Source: Mytilus edulis (taxonomy: Eukaryota). Taken from it: a DNA stretch of 64,000 nt. Of the stretch, positions 43,360-56,400 are shown piece after piece. The first letter of the stretch is position 1. Every line of letters starts with the position of its first letter. The notes below the pieces were generated by a model, which worked only from the letters and a program-made list of their open reading frames with translations, did not search any database and was not told the DNA's origin. Location of the stretch: positions 11,036,001 through 11,100,000 of the forward strand of contig NC_092347.1 in NCBI RefSeq assembly GCF_963676685.1, in the 5' to 3' direction. Made by a program: the position numbers and the translations under genes.

Positions 43360-44644
43360 GGATTACAGAAACTTTTATATAAAACATGTATGCAATAACC
43401 TAACGTATATGATAAAATATATATGAGCTAGTGGCTTGGCCAGATAAACACGCCTCCGGGTGTGGATTTTCGTATGTTGAAGACCCATTGGTGGCCTTCG
43501 GCTTTTTTCTGCTGTTTTATCGGTTGTTGTCTCTTTGACACATTCAACATTCCTATTCTCAATTTTATATATAGATAGATAATTTTAAATGAATGATTAT
43601 TTGGAATGTTTAAATCATTGTACAATGTACTTACTAATCATGTAATTGCAATGCTTATCGGATTGCATGTGTATATGAAAAATACTTCCAAGTAAGTTAA
43701 ACGAATAATTAAAACACAAAGGCTCAAATGAAGATGTTTTTTGGGGGGCAATTTCATTTGTATGATACATATTAAAAGTTTATCGTTTAGGACCTTCATA
43801 TTGAACTAACGTAAACCTAAATACATCACAATTCTTCAAGAGAGAGGCGTCAGAAGAATATCCAAACTGATAAGCCGAAAACAAACTGACAATACGATAA
43901 CAAGAAAGGAAAAAAAAAACGATCAAAATAATTAAAAAAAATAATACATGTAGATAAGTATGCAAAACACATCTGAGAAAACTGCTTACTGAACAACACG
44001 AACCCCGTCATAAACTGAACCGATCTCATGTGCCTGATTAACGTGTTATATTTAATATTTTTTTGACGTTTACACATCATTAATGTTTATTTATATGATC
44101 CTTTATTTTGGTTCTTTCCATGAAATTGTTCACTTGGTAGTATCTTCAAATTTTCAAAGAGTTCAGTGTTTGGCCTGTATCATATGATGTTTAATTTGCT
44201 TATTTCCCTAATTGTATTTCAAGAAACATAACTAATCGTAAAATTTACTGATTTGGAATAAATTTCATCCGGTACATGTTCTATTGAGACCATGCATAAG
44301 TTCAAGTAACCCGGAATATAAATGCTTGAGAGATTAAAACCAAAATGTTCCGTCCGAGATTCATACTGAAATCGATATCAAAGTTTTTATGTACGGTACC
44401 TGTTTTTATAGCGGAATAAATCATAATTTTGTAAAGTGTTATTTTTGCATAGTCAATGCTATTTGAAACACAACCTTATTCTGTAAAAAGTGACGGTAAA
44501 ACAATTTCTCCATAACATGAGAGTTGAAATGAAACTCAAAGACACGTTTTCTTCTGAAATCTTGAAAATAATAATTTTGATTTTAAGATACACGCAATAC
44601 GTATGTACAATTTACAATTTGTCTTTTTCACCCTCCGATCAGGA

Positions 44645-47600
44645 TTATTCTGTATTCATACGCACAAAAATATGGGCTGTACCACTAATCAAAACAAGAA
44701 CAAACAAGCCAAAGCCTAATCTGTCAAGTATGACAGACAGGTACATCCATAGGTCAGGGTCATTTGGTTCCATCGTTATGTCGTCTGATGGCGATTTACG
44801 ACCAGTCATTCCATGGAATAGTTTTACCAGCTGTGTATCCTTAAAGAAAAATATGAATAATCATGTTATTGTATTTTTCAATATCGTTACTAAGTGATTT
44901 GTTCAGTGCTTATATTAGCGTTGATCACTGAATATGTTCTGAAGCAAGAAAAGAAAATCACGGTAGAACTCTTTTAAGTTATCTTCCTTGTAATGAATTA
45001 CAAACTATGTCAATCTGCAATGGAGTTTATATCCTATGATATACAAATATTATACATCTTGACTAAATAAAAAATAATTGTAATAAATATTTTACTATAA
45101 CTATCTTGTCTTCATTATGCTAACTTCTTCAGATTCCATATTGCAATTGATTCCACGTAGAAATGATACTCACTGCTTCCACTCACTCTGTCCAACTTTT
45201 GTCGTAATTTTGTGTTTTCAGATTAAATGTTTTAAAACAAATGAAGTGATCTCGAATACCAAGGAACTATACGGGCTTCCGCAAATATCTGATTTTATTC
45301 ATTTCAAAAATCAAAAAAAGGACACTTAAATTGCTTCCACTACTGATAATGTAAAAAAAAAAACACCAAACAAGTGTTCAATTCTATATAATTTAATTTT
45401 GGATGTAACGCGTCTTCTGATTCTGACGTTATTTTGTTATCAGCCCATAGACATAATTTAGTCATGTGATCGTGACGTCATTAACGTTTTTTTATGGTTT
45501 TCTACGGTTTAAAATGGAATTTAGAATTAAATTCGAAATAACATAAAAAAATGTGGTGCACACTGTTAAATAACCCACTACGCGCGTTATTCAGTGTGCA
45601 CCAATTTTTTTTTATGTAATTTCTTCGTAGACAGAAAAAATATTGCAGTCATTCCTTAAATAAATACATACTGAACACTTGTTAGAGATAAAAAAAAAAG
45701 AAAAAAGAAAAAAAGAAAGAAAACAACAAATAACAACTAAAAAACACTTACTGGTTTAGATTTACAGATATGGTTTTTCATTCCTGGTATTGGAACCAGC
45801 GTTAAAACTGACAGAGGCTGTAAGATATAATACTTGATCGTCTTTGGCATTTTGTTGTGTCCTTTATAATAAACATTCAAAACCAAGACCTGCATTAGAG
45901 TTGATCCACCACTTAATACAAGTGTAAATTTCAGGAACGTTGCTGAAACAAAGGGAAAACATTGCTTTGAAAGTTAAAAGTATAAACCATGAACTGTATT
46001 TGGCATTTTTAGATTTTTTTTTATTGGAGCGTCACTGATGAGTCGTTTGCATACGAAACGTGTGTCTATCTTACATAATTTTAAACCTTATATATATATA
46101 TTTAAGAGCCCAGGTGGTCGTGTGGTCTAGCGGGACGGCAGCAGTGCAGGCGATTTGGTGTCACGATATCACAGTAGCATGGGTTCGAATCCCGGCGAGG
46201 GAAGAACCAAAAATTTGCGAAAGCAAATTTACAGATCTAACATTGTTGGGTTGATGTTTAGACGAGGAGTATTATATATTATATATATATAGAGATATGA
46301 TGAGTCTATTTACACACTTTAATCACGAATTAACATAATGGTTAAAATAAATATTCTTTCTTAAAGAATGTTGAAGATTATGTATAAACAAAAAAATATA
46401 TAAAATAGTCTCTTGTCAGTCTTTTAGAATGAATGTTTGTAATGTTATATTTCACTTAGAGACTTTATTTAAATATTTTGTACTTTCTGCTTTTGATTGT
46501 CTTGTCATATACAATAAAATTACACACACAAAGCTCACATATACAGTTGACAATAAAGTCAGCAAGCTTGTCACTTTGTGTGGCCTTGGCAGGCAGGTTT
46601 TCATTTGACAGAGGAAGCCGAGCCTAGGACGTTAAATCAGCACAAAAGAAAAAAAAAAGAACTACATACATATCAAAGGTTCAACGTCAGCAGAAGGTGG
46701 TAATTTCTCAGCAACCAACATCTGAAAAACGGAAATGGTCAACATAACAGTCAGTTGTAATCCTATTTTCTCTCCAGAGTCAACCGGAAGTATAAACCCT
46801 AAAATGGCAATAGACGTAACCAGCATTGACGGGATGATAATGTTTATTACATAACCGGTTGGTTTCCTTTTCATATAAACATAAACAGTCACATCCGGGT
46901 ACGGTTCTGGGCAACATCCATAAATAACTTCATGGCGGACGATTTCACCTTTAGTGATAGTCCACTCTGCGTTTTCTTTAGTTTGGGACAGGTCCACCTT
47001 ACCAACCAGTGATGTGACATCGATTTCGAATCCATTATGAACCCATGAACCAAATGTTAACGTGCATATTTGTGAATCAAAAGGAAATCGAGACACATCC
47101 AACTGACAAAATGTTTCTAGTTTTGTGGGAAACGTATATTTCACAGTACCATCGCTATGAATTATAGCTCTGTAATCAAGCAATCCAAAAAACTCCTCAG
47201 CAACACTGAAAAATACAACATTTTACATTGCAATCTAAGTGTATAAGTAAGAGAACACAAGTAACATTTCTAGATATCCAATTAGTTTAACAAGCTAATT
47301 TCTTTTTTGAGGTTGGAAAATTTTTTCACGTTTGCAATCGGCTTATCTACAGAGTTGGCAGTATCATGAACATAATTTTTATACACTGTTGGCATTAATG
47401 ACGAAATGCGTTTGATATAATTGGAATGCAACTTAAGATACTATTAGTATTCTCATTTTATAAATTTAAGTAATAATTGTAAAAAAAAAAAAGCAAGTTT
47501 AAGTAGAAAAAAGATACGTACCTTTCATACAGGGTGATATCTGGCATCCACACAGATTCTATGGGTAAAATAATTTTATTTGTACCGTTATAGTCTGTTA

Positions 47601-50600
47601 CGTTCCAAACCAAATTACAGTCAAACCAGCCCTGTGTGAATGATGAAGGTTGTGTAGTAAATACATGTATTAATTAAAATGAAGAGGTTTAATTTGCATT
47701 TAAGTCAATAATGGAAATAATATAAATGATTAAAAAAAGGAAACACATCAGACAGGCTTATTTGTTTTATATGGTTGCTCTTTGTTATTTTGCTGTTTCT
47801 TTTTTCACTATCTATCTACTGCTCAGAAAAACAATTATATAGTTACCCATCGCATCCATGCACTGAGTACTAATATTTGTTCTGGTTCGTCCTACAACAA
47901 AGAAAACAATAAAGGTAGAGCTATTATAGTTTTGCCTTTCGTGAAATTACAATGTACACAGGTAAGCGAGACTGGGCAATTTTTTGTTTGCTCCGTGTTG
48001 AAGCACTGTGACTTTGATATGACGAAAAGCAATAAAAGCGCTGTTCCTTTGCTTTTTGTGCTATATCCTTTTTTTTATTATGTAATTGATATTAGAATAC
48101 CACACCTGGCTATTGCAAGTGTATCATTCTCAAGAGTTGAATAATCATGTACTGGTAATTCATTTTGCCTGGTCATCAAATTTAAATTTGGTACTGGCTA
48201 TTTCCGACAATCCAAACAATGTAAATTATGAATAATATTCCTTCTTAACTTTGCTTCTGGTTGTTTTGTTAGCATCATTTCCAGAGGTAAGTTTATTATT
48301 TTTATAAATAAATTATGTATGAAAACATGCAATACTTCTACGACAGAATATAAAAGTTCTAAAAACCTTCTAAGGTAAAGAAGGGGGGGGGGGGCGATTG
48401 AACGCTCATATTATACCCTACCACATTCGTTTTGTGCATGTCCCATTTATCAAGAGTCTGTATCTCAGTGGATATTGTTGGTTCCTGTATTTGTTTTTTT
48501 ATTTGCTTTCAACATACTAGTATTAAGAACGTTTTAAAAATAGCTTATTGTATGGTATTGAACATTAACTTACCAAATTGATCAGCTGACGTATTACCAT
48601 GTCTATGGTAACAGTGACCTTATCTGACCCTTCACAGTATGGAATCACGCTTGATTCATAGTTGTCTCCGATATCAAGTGACAAATTTGTATAACCGGCG
48701 TCCATACCTACATAAAGACATTTAGTAATTTAATTTTTAAATTGTGTTTCCGAATTGCATTTTTGGGGTTAACCTTCATCAAAAACACTCACATATAATA
48801 AATAAATGCAACCTTGGATTCGTAATTATTTGCTACTTGAGGTCCAACTTTGCCTGAATGATAAAATTTTGTGCTTCCTATATTTGTCGATGGCTAAACA
48901 AGAGTAGGATTTGAGAAATTGAAGAAATTGTATGCATAAATAAATAGTTTGCTCTGTTCGCTTTATTTTTTGGGGATAAATGTTCGAGATTGTACAGATT
49001 CATGTTATAATGATATGAGCAAAACAGAAGCATAAAAGCTAAATATTGTGAACGTCACATTGGGTTGTTGCAAAATTTAATTTTGAGGAAAACACTGTTT
49101 TTATAAACCGAAAATTTTCGATCGAAATACACTATTAAAATCGCGCAGGGCCTCTTTTTACACAAAAATCTTACAATAATATCGATCGTAAGTTATACTA
49201 AACATTTTACTACTTTCGAGTATATTTTTCGCGTAATTTTTTTGTGAAATGTGGCCAATACCTCCAGACTGATAGTCTAACAGCATAGATTCTGATTCGA
49301 CAATCATTGATGCATGAACATTAACAGTCCCGTTCCCGAGAAAATTTACCTCACACTAAAATACGATTAATTTACCTCGGAAATTAAACGAAGCTTGATC
49401 TTCTGTTTCATTGTCTTCTAGATTTACACTGTTATTTGAATTCATTCGAGTGGTTGTCATTGGAGCAGTTGACGTCAAATACGTAGACGTTTTGACATCA
49501 GTTGTATACGTAGACGTTTTGGCATCAGTTGAAGTTTCAGTCGTCATGCAAGAATTTGTCGAAGTATTTTCATCGGCTGTTGATAATGCTGCAAGAAAGG
49601 TAAATTATATCCTAATAAAATTTGTCACCCCTTTTGTTGGTCTTTTGACACTCAACTAAAATACAACCAACTACCTCGACACTATCCCAGACAATAAAGA
49701 AAGCATTAGGACTCCCCATGAGAGGCGGCATACAAACTACCCTATCTTGGATCCCAGGTCAGAGTTTTATAGCCGGGAACAAACTAGCGGACCTATTAGC
49801 AAAAGATGCATCACAGAAGGCCCCAAGTCTTCAGGACCAGTACAACGTCATAACAATGTCAGATGTGAAAAGTGCAGTTAAGATGTCAACAAAACTTAAA
49901 TGGCAAATTAGATGGACTAGAAGTGAAACTGGGAGACAACTACATGAATTAGTTCCTATATTGTAGGTAAGACCCATCCACTTAATTATCAAAATCCAGT
50001 TATAAGGAAAACCAGGACAATTTATAACAGGCTACAATAAAATAAATAAATACCGCCATCAGATAGGCCAATCCCTTACGCCATACTTCGAGTGTGGTGA
50101 AGAAGAAAGCACAGAACACTTCCTACTTAATCGTACGAGATAACACCAGGAAAGAGAAGAAATAAAAAGACAGCTGGAGAAACAAAACATCACAATAGAA
50201 CTTCAGATCTCCTTCATGCCACCAACAAAGACAGAGAGATACGAAAGAACAGCGGGTATAATAAGAGTGTTTAAAAGAGTTCAGGGCAATTCTAAGATAC
50301 ATTTAGCCCTAAAGAATTCCAATCCTGCGCCTAAACAAATTAACCTAAGCATAGAGTGTGACATAACTCAGAGAAACTATAGTACCGAGATGAATTAAGC
50401 TAAGTTAAACGCAAAGTCACCAGTTGTGTTAAACTACATGCACATATTGACCTAAGGATTAGAATGAGAATAATAAGGTTAATAGATTTACATATTTTAT
50501 ATTTCATTTTATTTTTATTGTTAGTTCTTTGCCACTAAATTAGAAAAAAAATCAGGAAAGAGCTTTATAATCTCTGACTCTCTCTATTTATATGAAGACT

Positions 50601-53172
50601 ATGCTAGTACGTATGGTGAATTACTTGTACGAGCACTTGTTGTGCTGAAAAATTGTAAATACATGTATAACATTTCCTGTTTTGGGAAATGATGGACATT
50701 GTGACCGTGTATGTTGTACTTTTCCAAGATATTCAAGTATTCTCAATTTCAGTGGAAACGCAGTCAGTCACAAATGTACTTGTGTAGAATGTAGGACAGT
50801 ATGGTTTTGGTTTTGGTTTTCATTTTACTGTAATTCACATAAAGCTGTTCAGAAAACAAATTAAAATGAAGTATCAAATAAGCCGCAAGACATACTAAAA
50901 AAAAATCAATCGTCTTAATATTCGAGAAGGTTAATGGTTGTATTGAGTCATTTTTCATGTTAAGTTTTATTATGAGTTGTCTCTCATATATGGCTCAAAT
51001 ATTCTTATATATATACTAGAACACACCCGTGATATCGCGGGTCTGTGACTGAATTAAAGAATATAACTATGCGTAAGCCTTATTTTAGTATTGGTATTGT
51101 CATTTGATAAAGTCATGCCGATTATAAGTCTAAAGATGCACAGTTTTCTCTGCTTTCACCATCTTTCTTTTTGAACCCGTCGACCTAGAACTTATCAATT
51201 ATTGGTATTATTAATTTTATTTGGAAGACAAAAGGGCCTGGAAAGGAGTATAATTTAATTAACAGCATTGGCCTTTATGAGTTATAAATAAAGTTGAATT
51301 CTTTGATTTGCTGTTTTACGTCATTCCGGCTAACAAATTGAAAACTGTACATGCTGTACCTATACGCCTTATTTTAAGTCCAGATTTTTATTATTCGTAT
51401 TGTCATCTTAGAAAGAGTTTTCTCTGCTTTCACAATCTTTCTTTTTGAACCCGTCGACCTAGAACTTATCAATTATTGGTATTATTAATTTTATTTGGAA
51501 AACAAAAAGGCCTGGAAAGGAGTATTATTTAATTAACAGCATTGCCCTTTATGAGTTATAAATAAAGTTGAGTTCTTTGATTTGCTGTTTTACGTCATTC
51601 CGGCTAACAAATTGAAAACTGTACATGCTGTACCTATACGCCTTATTTCAAGTTAAGTCCAGATTTTTATTATTCGTATTGTCGTCTTAGAAAGTCATAT
51701 TGATTAAAATACTAAAATCGGAAACAATGTAACAATGATCAAATTAAGTAGTGTCAACCCTGTGATGACAAACCGTGAATATAGCAAAATCCAAAGTACA
51801 GCGTTTGGTGGTGCGCCTGTCAGATGCGGAACGTACAGATAAGGTAATAGGTAACAGGTTAATATACTATTGGTATCGGTATCGGATTCGACCCGGAACT
51901 TCTTAATTATTGGCAATATTAATTATGTGGAAAACAAAAGGATCTGGAGTGGTGCAATTTTTAATCAACAGCATTGTACTATATTAGTTATATATAAAGT
52001 TGAATTCTTTGATTCATCGTTTTTACGTGATGACGGCTGACAAATTGGACCTCGTCATTTTAGTATTACTAGAACACACCCGCGAAATCGCGGGCATTCA
52101 GAGCGGAGTTAAAAGTATGTAAAGTGTTGTTAGAAGTTTTATACCTCCTCCTTCATTTCCAAAATTCCCAATTTTTGGTTTTCTATCAATTTCAATATGA
52201 ACATACATTTAGTATGTTATGAACATTTAAGTAAGGAGCCTGTAGTTCAGTGGTTGTCGTTTGTTTGTGTGTTACATATTTGTTTTTCGTTCCTTTTTGT
52301 ACATAAATAAGGCCGCTAGTTTTCTCGTTTGAATTTTTTTACATCGTCATTTCGGGGCCTTTTAAAGCCGAGTATGCGTTATGGGCTTTGCTCGTTGTTG
52401 AAGGCCGTACGGTGACCTATAGTCGTTAATTTCTGTGTCATTTTGGTCTCTTGTGGAGAGTTGTCTCAACATGGCAATCATACCACATCTTTATTTTTGT
52501 AATCAATGAATTTTGTAAAATATTTAATGAATGGAGAGTTTCAGAAGAAGGTATCAAAAGTTCACATGAATAGTTTTAGCGCTTATCTGTATATTACTAT
52601 ATAAATAAAGTGTATTTACTTTCAATTATTAGTTTAGTAATCGATCCATGGTGGTCAATTGACATAGTATACAGACCCTCTCCATTTAATAAACTCTGTA
52701 CAGAATTAAAATACACTTTATTCGTACTATTTGTTTGTTCAAAGTATACAGAAAAACGCAAACCGGAAGTATAATCTGACTTAAAATTTCGTCCAATGAC
52801 GGGACAATATCCGGATGCCTTTTTTCTCGTTTTTCTCCAAAAATAACTCAATCTGAATAATCATATGAATGGATGACAAATGCGACTATGCACTGTACAT
52901 ATAGGACACAGAGTCGTGTTGATTAATTTATTGTGGAAAGAAGAGAAGCGACACCAAAAATGAGGTCTTCTCGTTTAATAGTATAGATAGATATAACGCA
53001 AAAAGTGCTATCCCCTTTGACAACGTTAGAGACTGGATTGGTTTTTTTTCAATTTTCGCCGGCGTATAAAATTATAATAAACTAAAATATGAATTATTAA
53101 ATGTGTATACAAAAAAATCTTACCTTGTAACATCAAAACATAGAAAGCAAGAAAAACTTTTCTCGAAAACAT
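44645..53172 (-). CDS. nAChR alpha-type subunit with Ser/Thr-rich N-terminal extension, cluster gene 4; 8 exons, ~490 aa
   Basis: Exons in transcript order: 53172-53124 (MFSRKVFLAFYVLMLQ), 49588-49376 (S/T-rich, phase 1-1), 48707-48574 (YESSVIPYC), 47891-47847 (DEPEQILVLSAWMRW), 47631-47522 (WFDC..WMPDITLYES), 47205-46670 (CQLDVSRFPFDSQIC, YGCCPEPY, GEKIGLQLT), 45942-45752, 44839-44645 (WMYLSVILDR, TAA). 1473 nt, open throughout. Confidence 0.92.
46027..46072 (+). ncRNA. Type I hammerhead ribozyme motif (retrozyme fragment), intact core with damaged stems
   Basis: GAGCGTCA-CTGATGA-GTC-GTTTGCA-TAC-GAAAC-GTGT-GTC-TATCTT. Flanks resemble the 24051-24528 repeat. Confidence 0.65.
46106..46270 (+). 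mobile_element. tRNA-derived SINE inserted in a (TA)n tract inside the retrozyme fragment
   Basis: A-box-like GGTGGTCGTGTGGTCTAG and B-box GGTTCGAATCCC at ~46182, followed by a non-tRNA body. (TA)n on both sides; retrozyme sequence resumes as ATGATGAGTCTATT near 46297. Confidence 0.75.
49660..50410 (+). mobile_element. 3' fragment of an RNase H-bearing LINE (I/Nimb-like), decayed
   Basis: WIPGQSFIAGNKLADLLAKDA (RNase H C-terminal WxPGH..GNE.AD.LAK motif), WQIRW, and a decayed zinc knuckle (ECGEEESTEHFLL). Contains stops and frameshifts. Confidence 0.8.
51016..52991 (-). mobile_element. Non-autonomous Helitron containing a second nested Helitron (52069-52987)
   Basis: On the minus strand both elements begin TC (TCTA/TAATACTAAAATGACGAG and TCTATACTATTAAACGAG) and end hairpin + GTGTGTTCTAG (CCCGCGATATCACGGG; CCCGCGATTTCGCGGG). 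The inner element sits at an A|T site. Outer element has an internal ~280-bp duplication around 51140-51690. Confidence 0.8.
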
Positions 53173-53428
53173 TGCTTCTTCACAATGAAAAATTATATAA
53201 ACTTGTTTTGTGACCTTTAAGATTTGTAGAGTAATGTTCAACACACACTTTACAGTCAATGTGCCTCAGGTTTAATTGGTTTCTTGGTCAACCTTTGAAC
53301 ATTAGTCAATCAGTTAAAGCTACATATATCATTTCTAAGTCTTGGATTTTAAAAGTACTCGGGACTCACTGGCAAATTTACAACAGGTTCTGAAGTTTGC
53401 AGCGAAATTAAACTGTGACAAACTAACT
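53173..53428. promoter_or_regulatory. Putative bidirectional promoter / 5' UTRs between head-to-head genes 4 and 5
   Basis: Divergent signal-peptide exons start at ATG 53172 (-) and ATG 53429 (+), 256 bp apart, with no recognisable repeat between them. Transcription start sites unknown. Confidence 0.7.
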
Positions 53429-56400
53429 ATGTTTATCAAACAGAATTTGGCAAGCATAGCAATATTGGCGTTTATATTTTTGTTGAAAATCGGTAAGTAA
53501 TAATTATTTGTCATATTTGCAATTTACCTCTTCTGTTATTTTTTAATATTGTATATATAATTTATCTGTCTCATCCGAATGCTCCTACACCGGTTGGAAT
53601 TACGGAAGAAGTCGCCTACTTACTATAAGTGCTGTTCGGTGTGGGCCAAGGCTCCGTGTTGAAAACCGTACATTGACCTATAATGGTTTACTTTTATAAA
53701 TTGTGACTTGGATTGCGAGCTGTCTCATTGGCACTCATACCACATCTTCCTATATTTATGAAAGTCTGTTTTGTTATGCACAGACATTAAGCGTTATAAT
53801 AATTTGTATGCAAATTTTATAGTTTTAATAAACTCATTATAACATTTCTATCAAATTCTCAAAATTTTCAACATATTTATCAAAAATTGCTTTTATATTT
53901 TGTATACTAAAGCAGTTCTGCTTTTGGCTATTTTCAGTTTTTGTTTTGAGCCTGAGACTTCTGTCGCAAAAAGCGAAACTTGAAAGTGATCCGACTGGTT
54001 TAAACACAAGACCTTAACAAAGTTTCCTCTTCCATTATCAAATCTAACAGTAGCTGGTATTTGCAATATCTATTTACAAATTAAAACTATGTTCATCTAA
54101 GATATTTAGAGTTTATGATGTGATAAGCTCCTGACAAGGCCTCTGACAGGATGGTAACATAAAAAAGAAGATGTGGTATGATTGCCAATGATACTGGCCT
54201 TGAACTCTTCTAGTGTAGCTGAAGTTGTGGCTTTTTCCGATAAAGTGCTCCATTCCCTAGTTGATACTGGGGAGAGGTGGTACATGTATCTGTGTTAGTC
54301 TTTGAGAATACGCTGTTGGTGTATGCGATGTCGATACCTTTAATTTGCTGGTGGACTATCATTCTTCTTCTTCTTCTTCTTTAGTTACCGAATACCATCA
54401 ACTTTTTGAGGATTACTTTCTGTAGGCCCGAGGATATCATCAGCCCAGTAGACAGTACTTTGGTACTGCCATGATTTATAACCAACTATCTAAAACTGTC
54501 CGTTTATAGATTTTTAAATTATACAGACACTTCCTCAGGCAAAGTTGGCATCAGATGGATTAAGTTATTTTCTTATGTCCTTTTTTGGTTTATAGCTCTT
54601 CAACATGTTTGGTCCTAATGCATCCTTGGCTTTTAAATATTCGGCTTTGAGTCTTTCTGGTGAAGATAAATTCAGCAAAACGTCTCGAACGCATTGATTA
54701 TAGGTTTTACAGATCTGTTGAAGTGGACTAAGAAAATGTTATCTAATTTTAGATTTAACAGATCAGAAGTTATTGAACAAGGAAAAGAATGATAGAGCAT
54801 CTAAAAGTGACGACTCTTCTACAAACACAGCAAATATCAACGGTACTGTATGATTGACACAAATCACTGTTTAAAGCGTCTATTTCCTCATATATTATTT
54901 ATTCATATAAAAAAGTTTAAGAAAAAGAAGCGTAACAACCTTAAAATATTAATAACGCAATTTTTTATTTGAATAAACAATTACTTTGCTAAATTTTACG
55001 GTAAAATCCTCAATTGACATTGGTCACGTCGACATCAGATGTCTACATACTGAATTGCCTCAATCCACAAATTAATGTTTGATAACATTTGTAATACAGA
55101 AAAATTGAAATAAAACATCACATTTAATAAATAACACATAGCTGAGAGGGTGATATATAGCAGATTGGTACCCCGAGAAAACATTGTCAACCGCGGCAAA
55201 GCCAAGGTTGACAATGCTTTTTCGATCGGTGGCAATCACCCTCTCAGCTATGTGTTATTTAATTTATTATAGTATACTGAATGTCATATAATTATTGTCT
55301 TTTACAGATCAATTTTATTTAAAAGTGTTTTCTATAACGTGAAATATTTACATAACAACGTTACGTCAAATAATAAGATCTGAGCCAAAACGTAGAACTA
55401 GTATTTTTAATTACTTGATGTAAATTCAATTTATCGTCCTTTAAATTACCGATTTTTGATTGGTCTGGACGAGAGGGTAACTAAAAAAATTGTCACCCGC
55501 TCAGCCATGTACATTGTACATTGGAGCAGTAAATTAACATCCTCGTCTTAGCCAATCAAAATATGGCATTTTAATGTGACGTAAAATAAATCCAAATATT
55601 ATCAACAATATACAACAGATTGAGGACGTGGGGATAGTGATCCGGCGGCGGCGGCGGCGGCGTTAGCTGACTTCTTAAAAGGTTTATATTTTAGAAGGTG
55701 AGAGACCTGGATGCTTCATACTTTGTATATAGATGCCTCATGTTACGAAGTTTCCGTCAGTCACATGTCCAATGTCCTTGACCTCATATTCATGGTTCAG
55801 TGACCACTTGAAAAAAAAGTTCAGAATTTTTGTAATGTTGAATTCTCTTATTATAAGTAATAGAATAACTATATTTGGTATGTGCGTACCTTGCAAGGTC
55901 CTCATGCCCGTCAGACAGTTTTCACTTGACCTCGACCTCATTTCATGGATCAGTGAACAAGGTTAAGTTTTGGTGGTCAAGTCCATATCTCAGATACTAT
56001 AAGCATTAGGACTAATATATTTGGTGTATGGAAGGACTGGAAGGTGTACATGTCCAACTGGCAGGTGTCATCTGACCTTGACCTCATTTTCATGGTTCAG
56101 TGGTTATAGTTAAGTTTTTGTGTTTTTGTCTGTTTTTCTCTTACTTTATGCAATAGGTCTACGATATTTGTTGTATGGAATGATTGTAAGGTGTACATGT
56201 CTAGCGGGCAGATGTCATCTGACCTTGACCTCATTTTCATGGTTCAGTGGTCAAAGTTAAGTTTTTAAGTTTTGGTCTTTTTATCTAATATTATATGCCA
56301 AAGGTCAACTATATTTGGTGTATGGAAATATATTATGATCTGGTTTTATTTGACCATGACCTCAATTGCACGGTTCATTGCACAGTGTTAAGTTTTTGTG

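Noticed and set aside
45117-45330. Extra intracellular-loop exon for gene 4
   Set aside because: No acceptor/donor pair I could find gives an open phase 0-0 exon; 45752 splices in frame directly to 44839.
46106-46200. Functional tRNA gene
   Set aside because: A and B boxes are present, but there is no convincing acceptor or anticodon stem and it continues into a SINE-like body flanked by (TA)n.
48228-48286. Plus-strand hydrophobic stretch ending GAG|GTAAGT resembling a signal exon nested in gene 4
   Set aside because: The nearby ATGs hit stops (ATG AAT AAT ATT CCT TCT TAA), and there is no in-frame start for the hydrophobic frame.
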